DNA of 64,000 nucleotides from Takakia lepidozioides (GCA_030704615.1 CM060731.1:68572001-68636000); one strand, 5' to 3'; counted from the first letter of the stretch, positions 34,722 to 48,699 are shown. Numbers and translations are program-made. The notes: a model not told the origin generated them from the sequence alone.

Positions 34722-37502
34722 ATTCTGTTGTTCAACTCCTCCAATCGGGTCATTATCAATGGCCATGTTTCCAAGCCCTTTCAATGGCAGAGATCTGTCA
34801 GGCAAGGGTGCCCATTGGCCCCCTTCCCCTTCTTTTTCGTGGCTGACGCCCTAGGGTACCTTTTGGATGACAATCTTCTTGTCAAAGGTCTTAGACTCAG
34901 AAAACCCTAAATCCCATATGTGGATCCAAGTCAAAGACTCTATGTTTGTAGATGACACTTTTCTGCTTTTGGAAGCTCATCCTTCAACCCTGCTGGCAGC
35001 TGAGGATACCCTTCTTAAATTCTGTAGCATTTCTGGGTTCCGTATCAACTGGTCTAAAGCAAAAGCATTGTTGATAGGTGATACTTCTAAGTCCAGTATA
35101 GGGATTGTCCCAACATGGGGATTGGGTCTAGGCCTTGTCTGGCTCAAGGATGGTGAGACAACCACTCTGTTGGGCCACACATTTGGCAACAACATTTCTG
35201 ATGAACAGAGGATGGAACCTACTATCTCCAAGCGAAAACGCCCCATGGTTTACCAGATGTCCAAATTCCTTTCCAGCACGGGAAGAACCCTTGTTGCAAA
35301 CCAGATCCTGCAGGGATACGGTATTATGCATCCACATGGGGTCCCAACTCCAAATTCGTTCAGGAGGTTAAAAGATGCATCCACAACTTTATCTAGGGGG
35401 GCTCAATCTTCCTCGCAAAACAAGCGGCCACAGGTTTCTTGGAATCAGATCTGTCAGCCTAAGAAGAAGGGCGTTTGGGAGTCCGGGATCCAGGGGCTCA
35501 GATCCAAGCCTTGCTGGATAAATGGCTCCCTCGCTTCCTTGGTCCAGAGGGTGGCTGGTAGAAGCTGCTTATAACTTAAAACATCTCTACCATCTCCCCC
35601 CTTCAATCTACTACCTGGGCACCATCTACATGATGGATCACTCAAGGATTTAATCACAAGGTAATTGGATCTCCTCTTTGGTCCTCTATTTGGAGAGCCT
35701 GGAATAAATTTAGTCCCTTCTTAATCAAACAAAATCCAACTACATTCCAAGAGACCTTGAGACAACACCTTTTCCTCAACTCGTCCCATCATTTGTTCAT
35801 AAAAAAAAGTCAGGCCAATAGATGGGTGGCATGGGACCTAAGAGGGGTAGGCAAAGTGCGAGACCTTTGGACCAGCACTACTCTCTCTCTCCAAGAAGCG
35901 CTAGGTTCTCGCAGGCTATCGGCAGGTATTGACCTCGTTCTCCTTACTGTGCCAGACCCTTGGAGAATTTTGCTAGGGGCTGGTGAGCTCCCAATCAGGC
36001 CCACCCAATGGATTTGCTTTGCAGACAGGGAATTCCAAGTATTCTATGTCACAATGGTGCAGAATGCCTTGCTAAAAGGTTTTGCTTCTGTGGCTGACTC
36101 CTTCTCTGGAATATTAACCCTTACTAGCCAGGATGAGACAGTCACCCCCAAGGCTCGGGCAAAGCTAGCCCGGATCTGCCACTGGTCTTCGGACTCCAAG
36201 GACTTCAACCCCTTGTATCCACCCGGCATGCCAATGGCTGTTTTGGATGGCAAAAGAATGCTTTGCCTGGATCAGAGGCCAAGCCCTGAAAAATCTGTAG
36301 GTGGACCCTGCTGAATGGCTATAGAAATTTGGGTCAAGCCCCCAGCCTTTCTTTGCATACTCTGTTAAAAAAGCCTATAGGGCTCTTAACTCAACCCCCC
36401 CCCCCCGCTCACCGCCAAATGGAATGCTAAATGGGGGCACACAAACTTTGATCTGGAAAACTGGAACTGCATATGGAGATTGGTATGGAGCAAGACAAAG
36501 CCAGCAAAGCCGAGTGCCTCTCTATGGCAAATAGCAAACAGGGTTATGAAGGTGGGCCAATTCCTGGGCTTCCAGGAGGCTCTCTTATGTAGATGTTGCT
36601 CCATAGACACTATAGAATCTCTGGAGCATTGCCTGCTATACTGTGAGGCCCCTATGGCAGTCTGGCACCAGGCCCTTGCTTTCTACCGACCATGGGGAGA
36701 TATACCTTCCACCCTTATCCTAAACTACAACAAATCTACCAAATCTCAAGCCTATGATTGTCCAGTGTTTGAGACTCTCAGATCTGCTACCCTATGGCAT
36801 TTGTGTAAAGCCAGATGCAAATGGACACTGGATTTTCACAATACCTCTGTCACTGCAATCCTCACTCAGGTTTTCCTTGACCTCATAATTGCTACCAAAC
36901 ATGTCTGGGCAAAAATGTGTGCAAATATCGGCAAGAAGCCTCACCAACAGTTTGCTCGCTTTGCCACCTTCCAAGCAACCTGGGGAAGAGACGGACTCAT
37001 TTGCAAATGTTCTGATGCAAGCTCATGCGACTGGCCTCCCGGAATTCCCACCTTTTGGCAGCACAACTGGTCCTTCATCTTCGGCATCACCAGAGTTTGA
37101 CAAGTCGGACATCAATTGGAAGCACGTCAAGGTGTCTTCTTGTGCTAGGCTTTACTTTCAGGGATAGATGCTCTGCAAGTTCTTTTTTTCAGGATCGTGT
37201 CTTCTTCCTCTAGTCAGCATAGGTTCTGCTTCGTATTCTTCACCATAGTACTGCTATCATGGAATAGTTTCTTGCTATAGGGAAACATGCCTAGTATAGG
37301 GCTCTGATTACTATCCAAGTCATGGATATGTACTCTGTTGGCCTCACGGCTACAACGGACAATCATTCCCCTGGTATCTCCAACACGTTAATCGTGTGAT
37401 AGGCCTCATGGCAGCCTACGGGCATGTAAGGGTTTTAATTTTTTTCCCTTCCAATAAATCTTACAAGGGCCTTCATCCCCTTTTCATTAAAATAAAAATA
37501 AA
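34722..37502 (+). mobile_element. 5'-truncated, degenerate L1-clade LINE
   Basis: RSVRQGCPLAPF, SMFVDDT, SGFRINWSK, VSWNQICQPKKKG, zf-RVT CRCC...ESLEHCLLYC; A-rich tail at ~37488-37502; candidate TSD AACATTAT at 34714-34721 and 37503-37510; many frameshifts. Confidence 0.9.
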
Positions 37503-37869
37503 AACATTATTGTCGGTGTATTTGTTTTCAATTTGTTTTAAATGTTTTTTAAAAAATCAATAAAATTAGGAAGGTCAGCACTAGCCTTTCAGTTTTGTAA
37601 TTATGGTGTAGCCATTCTGCGACAAGCCGCTTGTTCATGTGAACATTTGTTTTTGTATTTTGTTTGGGTTAGAGTTTGTATCGAGATTAGGTTCGGCATC
37701 ATGTAGCTCCCTAGCACACCACACATTACACTCTATATGTGGTTCACCGGACAACCAAGCCTGAGCAGGCTATTTCCAAACCTAAACCATACCTATATGC
37801 GAAACTGATTTATTTTTGTATTATTATTATTATGTGAAACTATATAAACTTCGTCCACTTTGTACTAAG

Positions 37870-38138
37870 CACTGTTTTTATTTCTGGCGAATTTTCACAA
37901 TATTTCGACCTCTAAAATAAAATGGAATATTCTGAGGTAAATTCCTTGGTTCTGAAAATCGCCAAATAAGATATAAATCATGGATGAATTTGCCAAATAT
38001 GGATGATATACATGGATGAAAGTATATAATAGAATAATTCTATCCAAATTTCAGTGGATGAGCAGAAAATATTGCTATTTCTTGCAAAACTCAGTAGCCA
38101 CTCTTGTTATTTTCCAAATTTCAGGAAAAAAAACACTG
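37870..38138 (-). mobile_element. hAT-type MITE, copy 2
   Basis: Reverse-complement homology to 17289-17560; ends AAAACACTG. Confidence 0.8.
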
Positions 38139-41100
38139 CTTTGTAGGTCTGATTACATTCTCATGTCTGAATTGGCCACTCACAGGCTCACCGACTCATC
38201 AGGCTATTTGGTTTCCCCCCATTGGTTCACTGACCAGTGGGCCTAACAAGCACAAGTTGGCTCGGAAGGTTTCTGAAGACACTCTATGACTATGGAACAC
38301 GAAATAGTAGGCAGACAAGTGTGTGTCACTGCACAATCCCTGTGCTACAGTTGTTCAACAATCTGGTCGCCACAAATCTGGCTTCCATCCTCACAGACCT
38401 TCATCATTGCTCCCTGCAGCTCCTTTCTGTGCTGTCTCTAGAGCAGGGGATCCCACACCTGCACATGCTGCCACTCTTCGGCGCGTGCGATCCGCCACAT
38501 GGTGTCGTGGAGGCCATCGCGGCAGCTGTTACAACAGTGACGGACACGGTTGACCTCGAGATCCTTGTGTTTCCAGATCCTTCCATTCTGCCTTTATGTG
38601 TGGGAAAGTCGCAGACTGGTCTTCGCTGCGTGTTTTCAAAGCTCAGAAGTCAGAGCTTTTCCACCAAAGAGAGATTAGAACCCAATTTCCGTTGGAAGCC
38701 TACAGAAGATCAGAGAGAGACTTTCGATTTTGGGGGTCAACGTTGAAAGTCTACAACACTGTAAGTAGTCTGTGGGTACGGGTACCATTGAGGATTGACA
38801 GATGGGAGTCCAATTGATAATCTGTAAGCCGTAAGTAAGTGTAGTTGAGGCGCTTATGCAATGCCCACCTCATGCATACAAACACCCACCTGTAGGGTGC
38901 TTTCTTCCCCACCTGAATTCTGGAGAGGGGACCCAGCTTCCGAGAATGTTGCCTTTGTTTCTTCTAGCCTTTCCTGAATCTGTTCTGCTGGGCCCCAGCT
39001 CGGGATTCTCTAATAGCAACAGAGTTTCACACACACATATGCGGAAAGCCCCGTGATTCCAGGTTCATCGAACGTGAAGCCTCACCTCTACTACCAATCC
39101 AATTTCACACTGGGTTCTTTCATTTGGATTCTTTTTCTTCTCTTGCCAGATTTTTTGCGAACAGGGGACTGTGGGCGGCCATGGATCCAGTTTTGAGAAA
39201 TTACAAGCTTTAAGGAAAATTTTAATTCTCACATGGATGAATGAAGAATCACAACTAAGCTCTCGGCGCGCATGTGGGCTTTTGGCATTGTGGATGATTC
39301 CCATTTTACTTACAATTTTGTTTTTCATACAATGCCGTCCGACAAAATGAGATGAAAATAGTATTGGGCAGGGCAGAGAAAAAGAAAAACATTATGGTAT
39401 AATGAATAATTGTGAACACAAAAAACCAAAATTCTATTGCATTCACGGGACAAATGTCAAACACAAGTTGCAGAATTTTACCGTGTAACTTAAGAAAAAC
39501 ATTATGGTTCTTATCTGGGCCCATACCGTTGTGGATTGGAGATCGATTCCTGTTGGATGGGTTTCTAAATTTGAAACGCAAAATTAAGAGATAGAGATGT
39601 TTGTGCGGGACCCATAATGGATGGAAGGATTAGGGACTTTTCCACCCCAAATTAGGGACTACATATGGACTTCCATGCCCTGCCAACAACACTTTTATGG
39701 CCTCGGCCCCACTCTCGGGACTTTTCGCTCTACAGTTTAGCACCGCAAAACATTAGTAGAGAGCTCTTATTAAAGTTACATGGGAATACTAATCACAGTA
39801 ATCAGGTTTAGGGTTCACAACTTCACCCATACAAGACTAACGCCCACGTGGCGCCCAACTGCATGTGGAACCTTCCACAGCGCGACCACGTGGCGGATTT
39901 CCAGAATTAGGGTACTTCCCTTCCTGTCGGCGTAGGGTTATTACTGGTATGTATTTGTACTTATATCCATATGTATTGAGTCTACGGTTCGACCGGAGGA
40001 GATGGCTGGTTGGGCGCCACGTGTTGCTGATGTGACGCTCTTACGATTTTATTGTTGATCTCATTTTTATATTCATTTGAAAATGATATAGGTGTCCAGA
40101 TGTGCAGATATGATAAGGTTATGTGTATTCATCAATTTATTAATTGCCAATTGTAATCATGATAAATAGTTTAATATCATATAAGGCACCGACGTAGAGC
40201 GAGTGTACTTATCATGGCCACGTTTGTACGTACGATTATATATACAGTTCAGGATACGTATATTGTACTGTGTCAGTACAGGTACCACGTGTCGAGAGTA
40301 ACGGTCACGATGCGTTGGATTTTTTGGCCTTACGATTCCAGAAACCGTTGGATTGACTCTTGGGAAGGCTCCGATTGTGCTTCGTGCTCGCAAAGCTACC
40401 TTTGCCGCGGCGCATCGAAGCCGTTGGATTGAAAAGATGGGGGCGGCGTTGGAAAGAAGAGCTGACAAAAGCAGACAGGAGTGAACAGGGATTGGATGAA
40501 GCCGCGGAGCCGTCCATCCGCTTGCCGCCAAAATCGACGACAAACCGCGTGAATTCCGAAGCCTTCGGGCACGTGGCAGTCCCAGGAGGAACATGATGGT
40601 TATTAATTAGTGGTAATTATGAGGATTACTGAGTGTTAAGGAGGTTAGAGGCTGGGCGTGAAATCTTTCATAAGCGGGAGACTTGTGCCTCACTTCTCCT
40701 CGCTCGCACCTTCCCTGACACGATTTTCCTTCTTGTCAAGCTGCTCGGGCGTTTGATCTCTGACGAATCTTAGTTATTTTTGTGGAGAAGATCCATTGTG
40801 TGCTGATACTACAGCGAGTAGTAGTAGTATATCTATCTGGGGTGCAAGGAGGCAAGCAAGGTTTTTGAACTGCTCGAATTGTGTACAGAGGAGTGAGAGA
40901 GAGAGAGAGAGCCTTCACTTTCTTTCGTCTATTTTCGGTAGTTCGGTGGAATTGCTAAAGTGATTTTTCTATAGCAATCAGAATTCGGGAAGCTCTGTAC
41001 TGTGTGGTGTGAGGCTGGACGTGAGAGCGATACCCACACTCATCTGATCTGAGAGACCTAGATTTGTAGGATAGGATAATCTTTTGGTTGTCCCGTTTTT

Positions 41101-41297
41101 CAGGCGAGAAGACGGTGAGGAGAGGTACTCACTCGTTCTGGCATAAGGAGTGGCGAGTGATTCCAGTGGGGTAATTGTGCAGGAGAAGTAGGGCATCCAT
41201 TGGAACGACTGGAGAGAATCTGTAGTGAGTTCAAGGGGTTAAGATTTTTCTAAGAGTATACGTGTACTCAGACACCGGATAGTGCAGGGGTGCAATT

Positions 41298-44200
41298 ATG
41301 CTGATAGATTTAGCCGCAGGCTGGGCTGGGCCTCAAGCAGGAGTGTTGCCGCCATTGGCTGTATTCACACGCGTGGCTCAAGTTGTGGTTTTGCTGGTGG
41401 TGACTCTGCTACTTGTATACTGGAGGACATTTTCGTTGTCGCAGTGGAAATCGACTGCCACCTCGACTGCCTGCATCGCCTGGCTGCTAAGCAAGGTGGA
41501 TTCCATGCTGGCGAAATCAGACGACAGTGCACTAGATGTCCTTTTGATTCCAGAGAAGAAAGAGAACTTGGATGCAGCAGCGGCGCGGCGACGGTCGAGA
41601 GCTGCGTTCTTGCAACAGCAGCCGGATTTTGTTAAATCATATGGATTATTCCCGGTAAGCACACTCTAGAATTGAATCCTGGACGCCACGCACTTCGTTG
41701 GTGCTTGTAGAATGCAGAAGCAGGCATGTAACTTACGGTTAAAATGATGAAGTAGACACACGAATGGTATTCTCGCACCTGAGATTTATCTTCCTCACGA
41801 GCCTGAGGCTTTGAAAACGTTAGTATTGTGCCACCATTATCACCAACGGAAGGAAGATTCCATCTTTATTCCCTTCCTCCCTTCCTGTAATCTTTATTCG
41901 CCAAACTTACGAGTACATTTGCAAGAGCACACTTGAGGTTCAAGAGTTTGGAAAGACGTGTAACAAAAGTTTGTGAGCCCGGGCGCAGTTATTGACTCGT
42001 TTTCCGTTCTGTGGAATTTTTGTTTGCAGGACCACGACCGACGCACGGCTTTGAAAATCACTGAGGTAGTTTCTTGTTTCTCTACTCTAGCCGCCTAGCC
42101 GCCTTCAACTGTCTCTCTTCGTTCTTAATTGCATTCTCGACGTTATCGTGTAATTTGGTGTCGACAACATGTTGGAGTTATTGAAGCAGAAGGCGGTCTA
42201 TGGGGGTTACTTTTGTGTTGCGAGAGAAATCTAGTGGGCAGTCAAAGATTGATGATGTAAACAGAAAGCTGAGGGTACCGTCTATTTTGTTGCAGACTTA
42301 CGAAGTTAACTCTCGCGATGTCGAAATATTCATCAAAAGCTGGATTCCCGAACAAGGCCAACCGAAAGGCGTCGTCTTCCTTTGCCATGGCTACGGTGAC
42401 ACTATCACCTTTTTCTTTGAAGGTACGTTATCGTAGTCCTTACGTGACGATTTTGGCATGACTCTGAATTTTTCAGTTCCATTGTGCTTCTAGGCAGCGT
42501 TCAGTTCCTCTGATCCAACTGATTTGAGAAGCAGTATAGGAACTGCACCCCGTATCCCATATGTCCGTCAAAGGCGAAAGATCTATCGTAGCGTCCAATG
42601 GACACGGCCCCGTCAATCCTTCCAAATTCTTTGAACTAGAAAGCTGTATCTGAAGGAGTTCCACCGTGATGATACAGGGGTTGCGCGGACTTTGGCAGCA
42701 GCTAACTACGCCGTGTTTGGAATGGATTATCCTGGGTTTGGGCTCTCGGAGGGCTTGCATGGCTATATTCCGGACTTCGACAGGCTTGTCGATGATGTCG
42801 TTGAGCGTTATTTAGCTGTCAAACGTACGTAATTTCTCTCTCCTCGTTTCTTGCTCGCTCTGTCCCGTTTCCGCTGTTCCCCCATTCACCGGGGAAGCAG
42901 CATTTGTGCCTCATTTCGCCAAGATCACAACATGATGTAGCTTAATGGTGAGTTTTTTCTCACGCACAAGTCATTTGGCTAGAGAAAGAACCCAGAGGGT
43001 TAGACTCTTTTGATCCTCCCATAAATTTTCTCAGACAGGTTGTCATCCTATCTCGGTTACTTTGTCCAACAATGCTTTGGGAGGAGAGTTTTGATGATGC
43101 AACCTGATCTGCATTTTGCAGAACGTCCAGAGCTTGAAGGCCTCCCATGCTTTCTGTTAGGAGAATCAATGGGTGGGGCTGTTGCCCTCAAGGCCCACTT
43201 GAAAAATTCTAGTGCTTGGGATGGAGCTGTTCTTGTTGCTCCGATGTGTAAGGTATGAAATACTCTGAACTTCTCATACTGGGATACCTCTGTCCTCCCC
43301 TCAGTGAAGTTAGTCACGAGAACTCTTGTTTGGTAAATTTGATACAGTGATCTACTGTTCTATCACAGTTGCAGAGTTGAAATGTGACTTGCTTGACTCC
43401 AATGTGTAACTAATTTCTGCTTTCATTAGACATCTGCAATAGGGCTAACTTTGCAAATGGTCTCCAATATGGTTTCCAATATGCACCTATCGCAAGTGTA
43501 AATCTAGAAATATGTCAAATTGCCAGTTTCCATAGCGGTGCTGATGTCTGTGTAACTGATGCTCTGTTTTGGGTAAAGGTAGGTTCTGTCCCTTTCAAAC
43601 TGGGCGCGGAGTCAATGGCCGCAAGGCTACGGCAAACAACGTCTTATTAGTATATTCTGTGTTTTGGGTGTGGACAGATTGCAGATGCCATGTACCCACA
43701 CTGGTCGGTGGTGCAGTTTTTGACATTCCTTTCGCACATCATCCCAAAGGCAAAACTTGTGCCTAACAGAGACATAGCTGAAGTGGGGTTTCGAGATCTG
43801 GAAAAGAGAAAGAAGGTACATATTAGAATTCAGAGTTCTTGTTAGTTGACTGCGGAAGTAAATGTCAGATGAGGTGGGGTGTTCTTCATGCGAGGTGTCA
43901 AATGGATCTGTTGGTTATTTAGGCCATTAATTTATGCTAGCTTTGGTTGACGGCATATGTTTCTCTCCAGGCCATTCTGTTGATTATACATTTGTGAGTG
44001 TGTTTAGTCTTCGTTGTACCTCATATGATTGGATATTAAGAAAACTCTACATCTGAGCGTACCAACATGATAGAGTCTGATAAAATTTCCCATGGTGGTA
44101 ATTGTTTTCAGGCTGCAAATAATCCGGTTGCATATGTTGGAAACCCACGACTGGGCACTGCTGTAGCACTCCTACATACGACCGATGACATTGAAAGTAG

Positions 44201-44959
44201 ATTGCATGAGGTAAGACAAATCCCTTTGATGTTTGGGTTTACTGGGTTTACTTGGTTAATCGACAATGCCTTCCTGATCTGCAGCATCATGAACTGCAAT
44301 CTTACATATTGTTGAGGTTGCTTTCAATTGCACTTTCGAAGGCTAAGGTTTGCTGATATTAATAGTCAAGTCTCTGCCAAATCTGTAATTGTGTGATATG
44401 AGGTAGTTAATGCTCAACATGCATGTTACAGGATTTGTTTTTCTTATGAAACCTGTTTCCAGCAGTATCCCATGCAACATGTAGTTTTTTATGAAGTGTA
44501 AATAGTCAATTACCATTCTGGTCACCCTCTTCCAGCTCTGAAACCAGTATATGTAATGAGCATGGAAGGACCGTTCAAGACAGGAATTAGAAAAGAGGCG
44601 TATTTGTGAGTACTTGTAAGTAGTATAAATCTGACAAATACTGCACATCCCTGCAGGTGTCACTCCCGTTGCTCATATTGCATGGAGCTGCTGATTCAGT
44701 GACTGACCCATCAGTAAGCAAGGCTCTTTATCAGAAAGCTAAAAGCATGGACAAAATTCTGCACTTATATGATGATGCTTGGCACGGCATTCTTGAGGGA
44801 GAACCCGATGAAACAGTGCGTGAAGTTATGGCTGATATCATAGCCTGGCTTGATGATCACTCCGCAGGCAAGACCAGCCTTGAGAAGAGCAAAGGAGTGG
44901 GCCAAAGTGATGTACACAGGAAAGTTGCAGTGCGACAGCTCATTGATTGCAGGCATTGA
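41298..44959 (+). CDS. Monoacylglycerol lipase / caffeoyl-shikimate-esterase-like alpha/beta hydrolase; exons ~41298-41654, 42030-42065, 42296-42422, 42678-42824, 43122-43252, 43678-43815, 44112-44210, 44657-44959
   Basis: CHGYGDT, MDYPGFGLSEGLHGYIP, nucleophile GESMGG, PRLGTA, ILHGAADSVTDP (Asp), AWHGILEGEPD (His); GT-AG introns; hydrophobic N-terminal extension. Confidence 0.93.
43577..43655 (+). mobile_element. Isolated 3' end of the RTE/RTEX-like LINE in lipase intron 5
   Basis: AGGTAGGTTCTGTCCCTTT..CAAACTGGGCGCGGAGTCAATGGCCGCAAGGCTACGGCAAACAACGTCTTAT nearly identical to 62795-62875. Confidence 0.9.
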
Positions 44960-45974
44960 CAATCGCGCCAAAAGATGGTGTGTTCCATTGTGACATCTGC
45001 CAGAGATGGTATGTTTCTCCCGGAGATTTCCATGGGCAGGTGCTACATTCAAAAATGCCCACCACTCTTACACATTGGAAATAAATCTAGTGCAACCACT
45101 GATGAGAAGAGAGCAAGAAATTTTCCTGAGCGCAGGTCATGTTCCAATTTCACTTCTCTATTACAATTGGCTGCGATTCCCCTAAGTTGGAAGGCCACAG
45201 CAGTGGAGCATGGCTGGTGGGCATACATTTAGGACAGAGGTAACACTCTGGAAAAGCTGTTGGTGTTTAGCACAAGATGCTTACAAAGCTCATGGGGTTG
45301 TAGCAACCCCTCATTGAAGACTATAAATGCCAACTACGCCTGGTGGGCAGAACTTTCTCAGGGCTGCTCCAGTGGAGCAGACATGGTGGGCATATTATAT
45401 GTAGGAAGGAGGCATACTCTGTAAATTCTGTTGGAACTGATGATGATTGTGTATAGCACCAAGGTACTTAAAAATCTCACAGGGTTGTAGTGATCCCAAG
45501 TTGAAGGCTGTTGAAGCCAAGTGTTGGTGGGCAGAACCTTCTCAGGGAGAAGTAAAACACTTTGTACAGTATTTTTTTGTGATTGCCAACTGCTCAATGT
45601 TGGTCAGTTCGCTTATTGATTTGTGGGAAGCTCACTAATCCAAGCAAGTGTGAATATTTGCAGTTCAAATGGCCTGACTGTCGGTGACAGAGAGGCAAAG
45701 CTCTATCAGGGCACAAGTGCTTTTGCTCAAATGTATATATAATCATTCTTTACCTTCAATATCATCTGGTTCCAGTGTTAAATCAAAGCCATAAAGTGTA
45801 ACATACTTTTGTACCCCTACAAATGCTGTGGATAGAGGGCAGCAGTAGTTCATTAAAGCTGTGAATGTATGTGTATGATTTGAGGCTTGTGAATGTACAC
45901 AGACAGACCAATGCACAAACAAGCTCTCTTTCTCTCCTCTCTCCGAGCACCATTTCATTTCAATTCATTTCTCT

Positions 45975-46056
45975 CTGTCTGAGTGTGTGCCACATACTCG
46001 TGGTTGTGGCCACTGCAGATCGGAACATCGTTGTCTACAACCTTGCCAGCCCTCAC
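45975..46056 (+). pseudogene. Orphan RAE1-like (WD40 mRNA export factor) exon fragment
   Basis: LSVCHILVVVATADRNIVVYNLASPH followed by GTAAGC donor; resembles plant RAE1 HPLMVVGTADRNLIVFNLQNPQ. Confidence 0.6.
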
Positions 46057-46069
46057 GTAAGCAACTAGG

Positions 46070-46820
46070 GTAGAGAGAGCATGTACTCATCATATGACTT
46101 TGTTTGCCATAGCCTTGTCGCCATAGACCACAGAAACTAGGATAGAGAGGAAGATGTACTCAAGACTTTGTTTCCCGTAACCTTGTGGCCATAGACCCCA
46201 CACCTTATTTGGACAGAAACTAGGATAGAGAGAAAGATGTACTCAAGACTTTGTTTCCCGTAACCTTGTGGCCATAGACCGCACACCTTGTTTGGACAGA
46301 AACTAGGATAGAGAGAAAGATGTACTCAAGACTTTGTTTGCTGTAGCCATGTGGCCATAGACCCCACACCCAGTTTGATTGGAAACAGAGGGAATAGACA
46401 TTAGACACTACCTTTGTGAGTGACTCACTCCAGTAGCGGGACTTACCTTGATATCAACAATCAGTTCTGGCTTTCCAGATATCCTCTAGCCGTTCACGCA
46501 ATCTGCTGCGTGTGAGCAGCCCAAAAGTTAGATCCCAACTGGGCTAGGGCTTTGGGCTCAGCCTCGAGATTTTGCTGGTGAACAGAGGTGCAGGAACCAT
46601 GTTCTTGATGTTCCTGAAGAGGGTAACTCTCTGGAGAGAACACCCCAGAGAAAGTATCAGGAAATGGACATTGTCTTCGCGTTGCCTGCACATTGGGCAA
46701 TTACAATCTCGTTTTCCTCTCTGCATCTGTTTATTGTTCAAAGGTAGGCTCCCTGTCCCCAAGTTTAACTTTCAGTCTATTGCTGAGGATAGGTAGGCCC
46801 GTCAGATCGTCCTTAAGATC
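46070..46820 (-). mobile_element. RTE/RTEX-like LINE 3' fragment with four stacked 3' ends
   Basis: CPMCRQREDNVHFLI zinc finger on minus strand; ATGTACTC...GACTTTGTTT...CCTTGTGGCCATAGACC at ~46081, 46154, 46237, 46320. Confidence 0.88.
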
Positions 46821-47112
46821 GAGTTGAATAACTTGTCATATCTAGTAGACTGAAACTTGTCATAATCTTGCAATCATATGACTTGTGGTGATGGTTGTGT
46901 GTTGTAAGGGTAGGCAAGAAAAGATAGGGAACTGCGTCAACGAATTGATCTCAGTTCGTTGGACGGACGACCGAAAGGCTCGTTAGGTTAGAGAAGCATG
47001 CAGGCGAGGGGAGCGTTGGAGTTGTTGGGAGAGATCCAAAGGCGAAGCGATCCAGCAGGTGGGTGTTGGAGGATTGGATTGCGCAAGGAAGAACGTGGTC
47101 AGAGGAGGCGCG

Positions 47113-47571
47113 ATGGCGGATCCTGTGGCCATTCTTCTAACTGTACCGTACAAAGTCTTGCGCATTCCACGGTTTCGACTGAAGGTCCCAACGCCATCAC
47201 TTCCCTCGGCAATGCTGGTGTTTGCCCTGGTTCTCCTCACCTACTTTCTCGTGATCTCAGGGTTTGTGTATGACGTGATTGTGGAGCCCCCGGGGATTGG
47301 GAGCAGGCAAGATCCCATGACGGGAGCTGTTCGACCGGTAGTATTCCTTCCTGGTCGGGTAAACGGTCAGTACATAATAGAAGGCCTGTCATCTGGCTTC
47401 ATGTTTGTGCTTGGAGGCATGGGAATTATAATGCTGGATCTTGCGACTGATAAGACCAGGGCACGCAGTGTGCGACTTTCCTGCGTGGCGGCCGGTTTCT
47501 CATTCGTATCCATAGCTTATATCATGAGCATTCTCTTCATCCGTATCAAGATTCCCTCCTACTTACGCTAG
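47113..47571 (+). CDS. OSTC: Oligosaccharyltransferase subunit OSTC/DC2, intronless
   Basis: LPSAMLVFALVLLTYFLVISGFVYDVIVEPPGIGS...RPVVFLPGRVNGQYIIEGLSSGFMFVLGG...IRIKIPSYL. Confidence 0.95.
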   Translation: MADPVAILLTVPYKVLRIPRFRLKVPTPSLPSAMLVFALVLLTYFLVISGFVYDVIVEPPGIGSRQDPMTGAVRPVVFLPGRVNGQYIIEGLSSGFMFVLGGMGIIMLDLATDKTRARSVRLSCVAAGFSFVSIAYIMSILFIRIKIPSYLR

Positions 47572-48699
47572 TACTGCTCTCCATCCCGTTTCCAAAGGTT
47601 ATGAGTATTTAAGGTAGAGAATGCACTCTGATGATCCTGTGGCTAGTGTTAGTGTCGATCTGTCATATGATTGTAGTCTCCTCAGCATGGCATTCTTCCG
47701 CAGTTCGAGTGACATGTTCTATAATGAAGCCGACGAGGGAGACATTTAAGTTTCCCGTACTACATGAATCGGATGAGACTGGGGCCCTCCTCTTCTGGTA
47801 AATGAGACGTCACCTTCACAAGTTTTGTGTAGGTCTGCAATCTGTCCATCACAGCTCCTTACCTGTAATTCTGTTTGGTATCTGATATACCCAATAGTGG
47901 AAGGGTATTGCTCTAGAGCAGGTGTTGGGTCAGTTGGTTACGTTTTAGGGGTGAAACTCTTACTAATATGGGAAGTTTTGTCCCTTAGGTCATTCTGGGT
48001 GGGTTCACTCACCTCCCTCTGTCCATCCATGGGATGTTTGTGGGTCATCAAAGTTATGTACAGCTTGCTAGAGTAGAGTCTAACGTTTTGCAATTGCTTG
48101 AGCTTGCTTGGTGGACTTCACTGGAAATATCAGGAACGCGTGCCTGCTGCTTTAAAAAGTAGCACATGTCCCTTCACACTGGGACTCCCATCTGGACACA
48201 CTGGTGGGGGCAAGATTATCCAAGATTATATAATTTTCTCTTGTGGTGGATAGATTGTAAGGTTTCGCCCAGAGCTTGGATATGATCCGAGATTGAGTCA
48301 ATTGCTGACTTCTGGATTTGTCATGATGGGAAGATTGTTGCGAAGGATCTTACTAAGGAATTTTCCTTGCAGTATTTTGGCAACTCCAGAAGCAGTCTTT
48401 CGTTGATAGTGATGTTTTCGATGTAGGACCAACTCAAGTGAGTGGGATTAACAAACTATGACTTGCCCTCTGAAGGCTAGCATACTAAAGAAGGTCAAGA
48501 AATCTAACACTGACAATTATGGTTTCACCCAAACAAAGACATCCGCACATGTAAATGCAGTATTTTCTATGTTTTCAAAGCCTTCAAACCTGAAAGCAGA
48601 AATGATAACGAGTCCACCCAATTACAGACAAAGGGATCATACAGTATCCTTAGATGGCATTGCTGCTGAAGTGGAGAGTTTTCTAATATTGCCATATCT

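Noticed and set aside
46070-46380. Regularly spaced repeats resembling a CRISPR array
   Set aside because: Units are whole tandem copies of a LINE 3' end with no unique spacers; eukaryotic context
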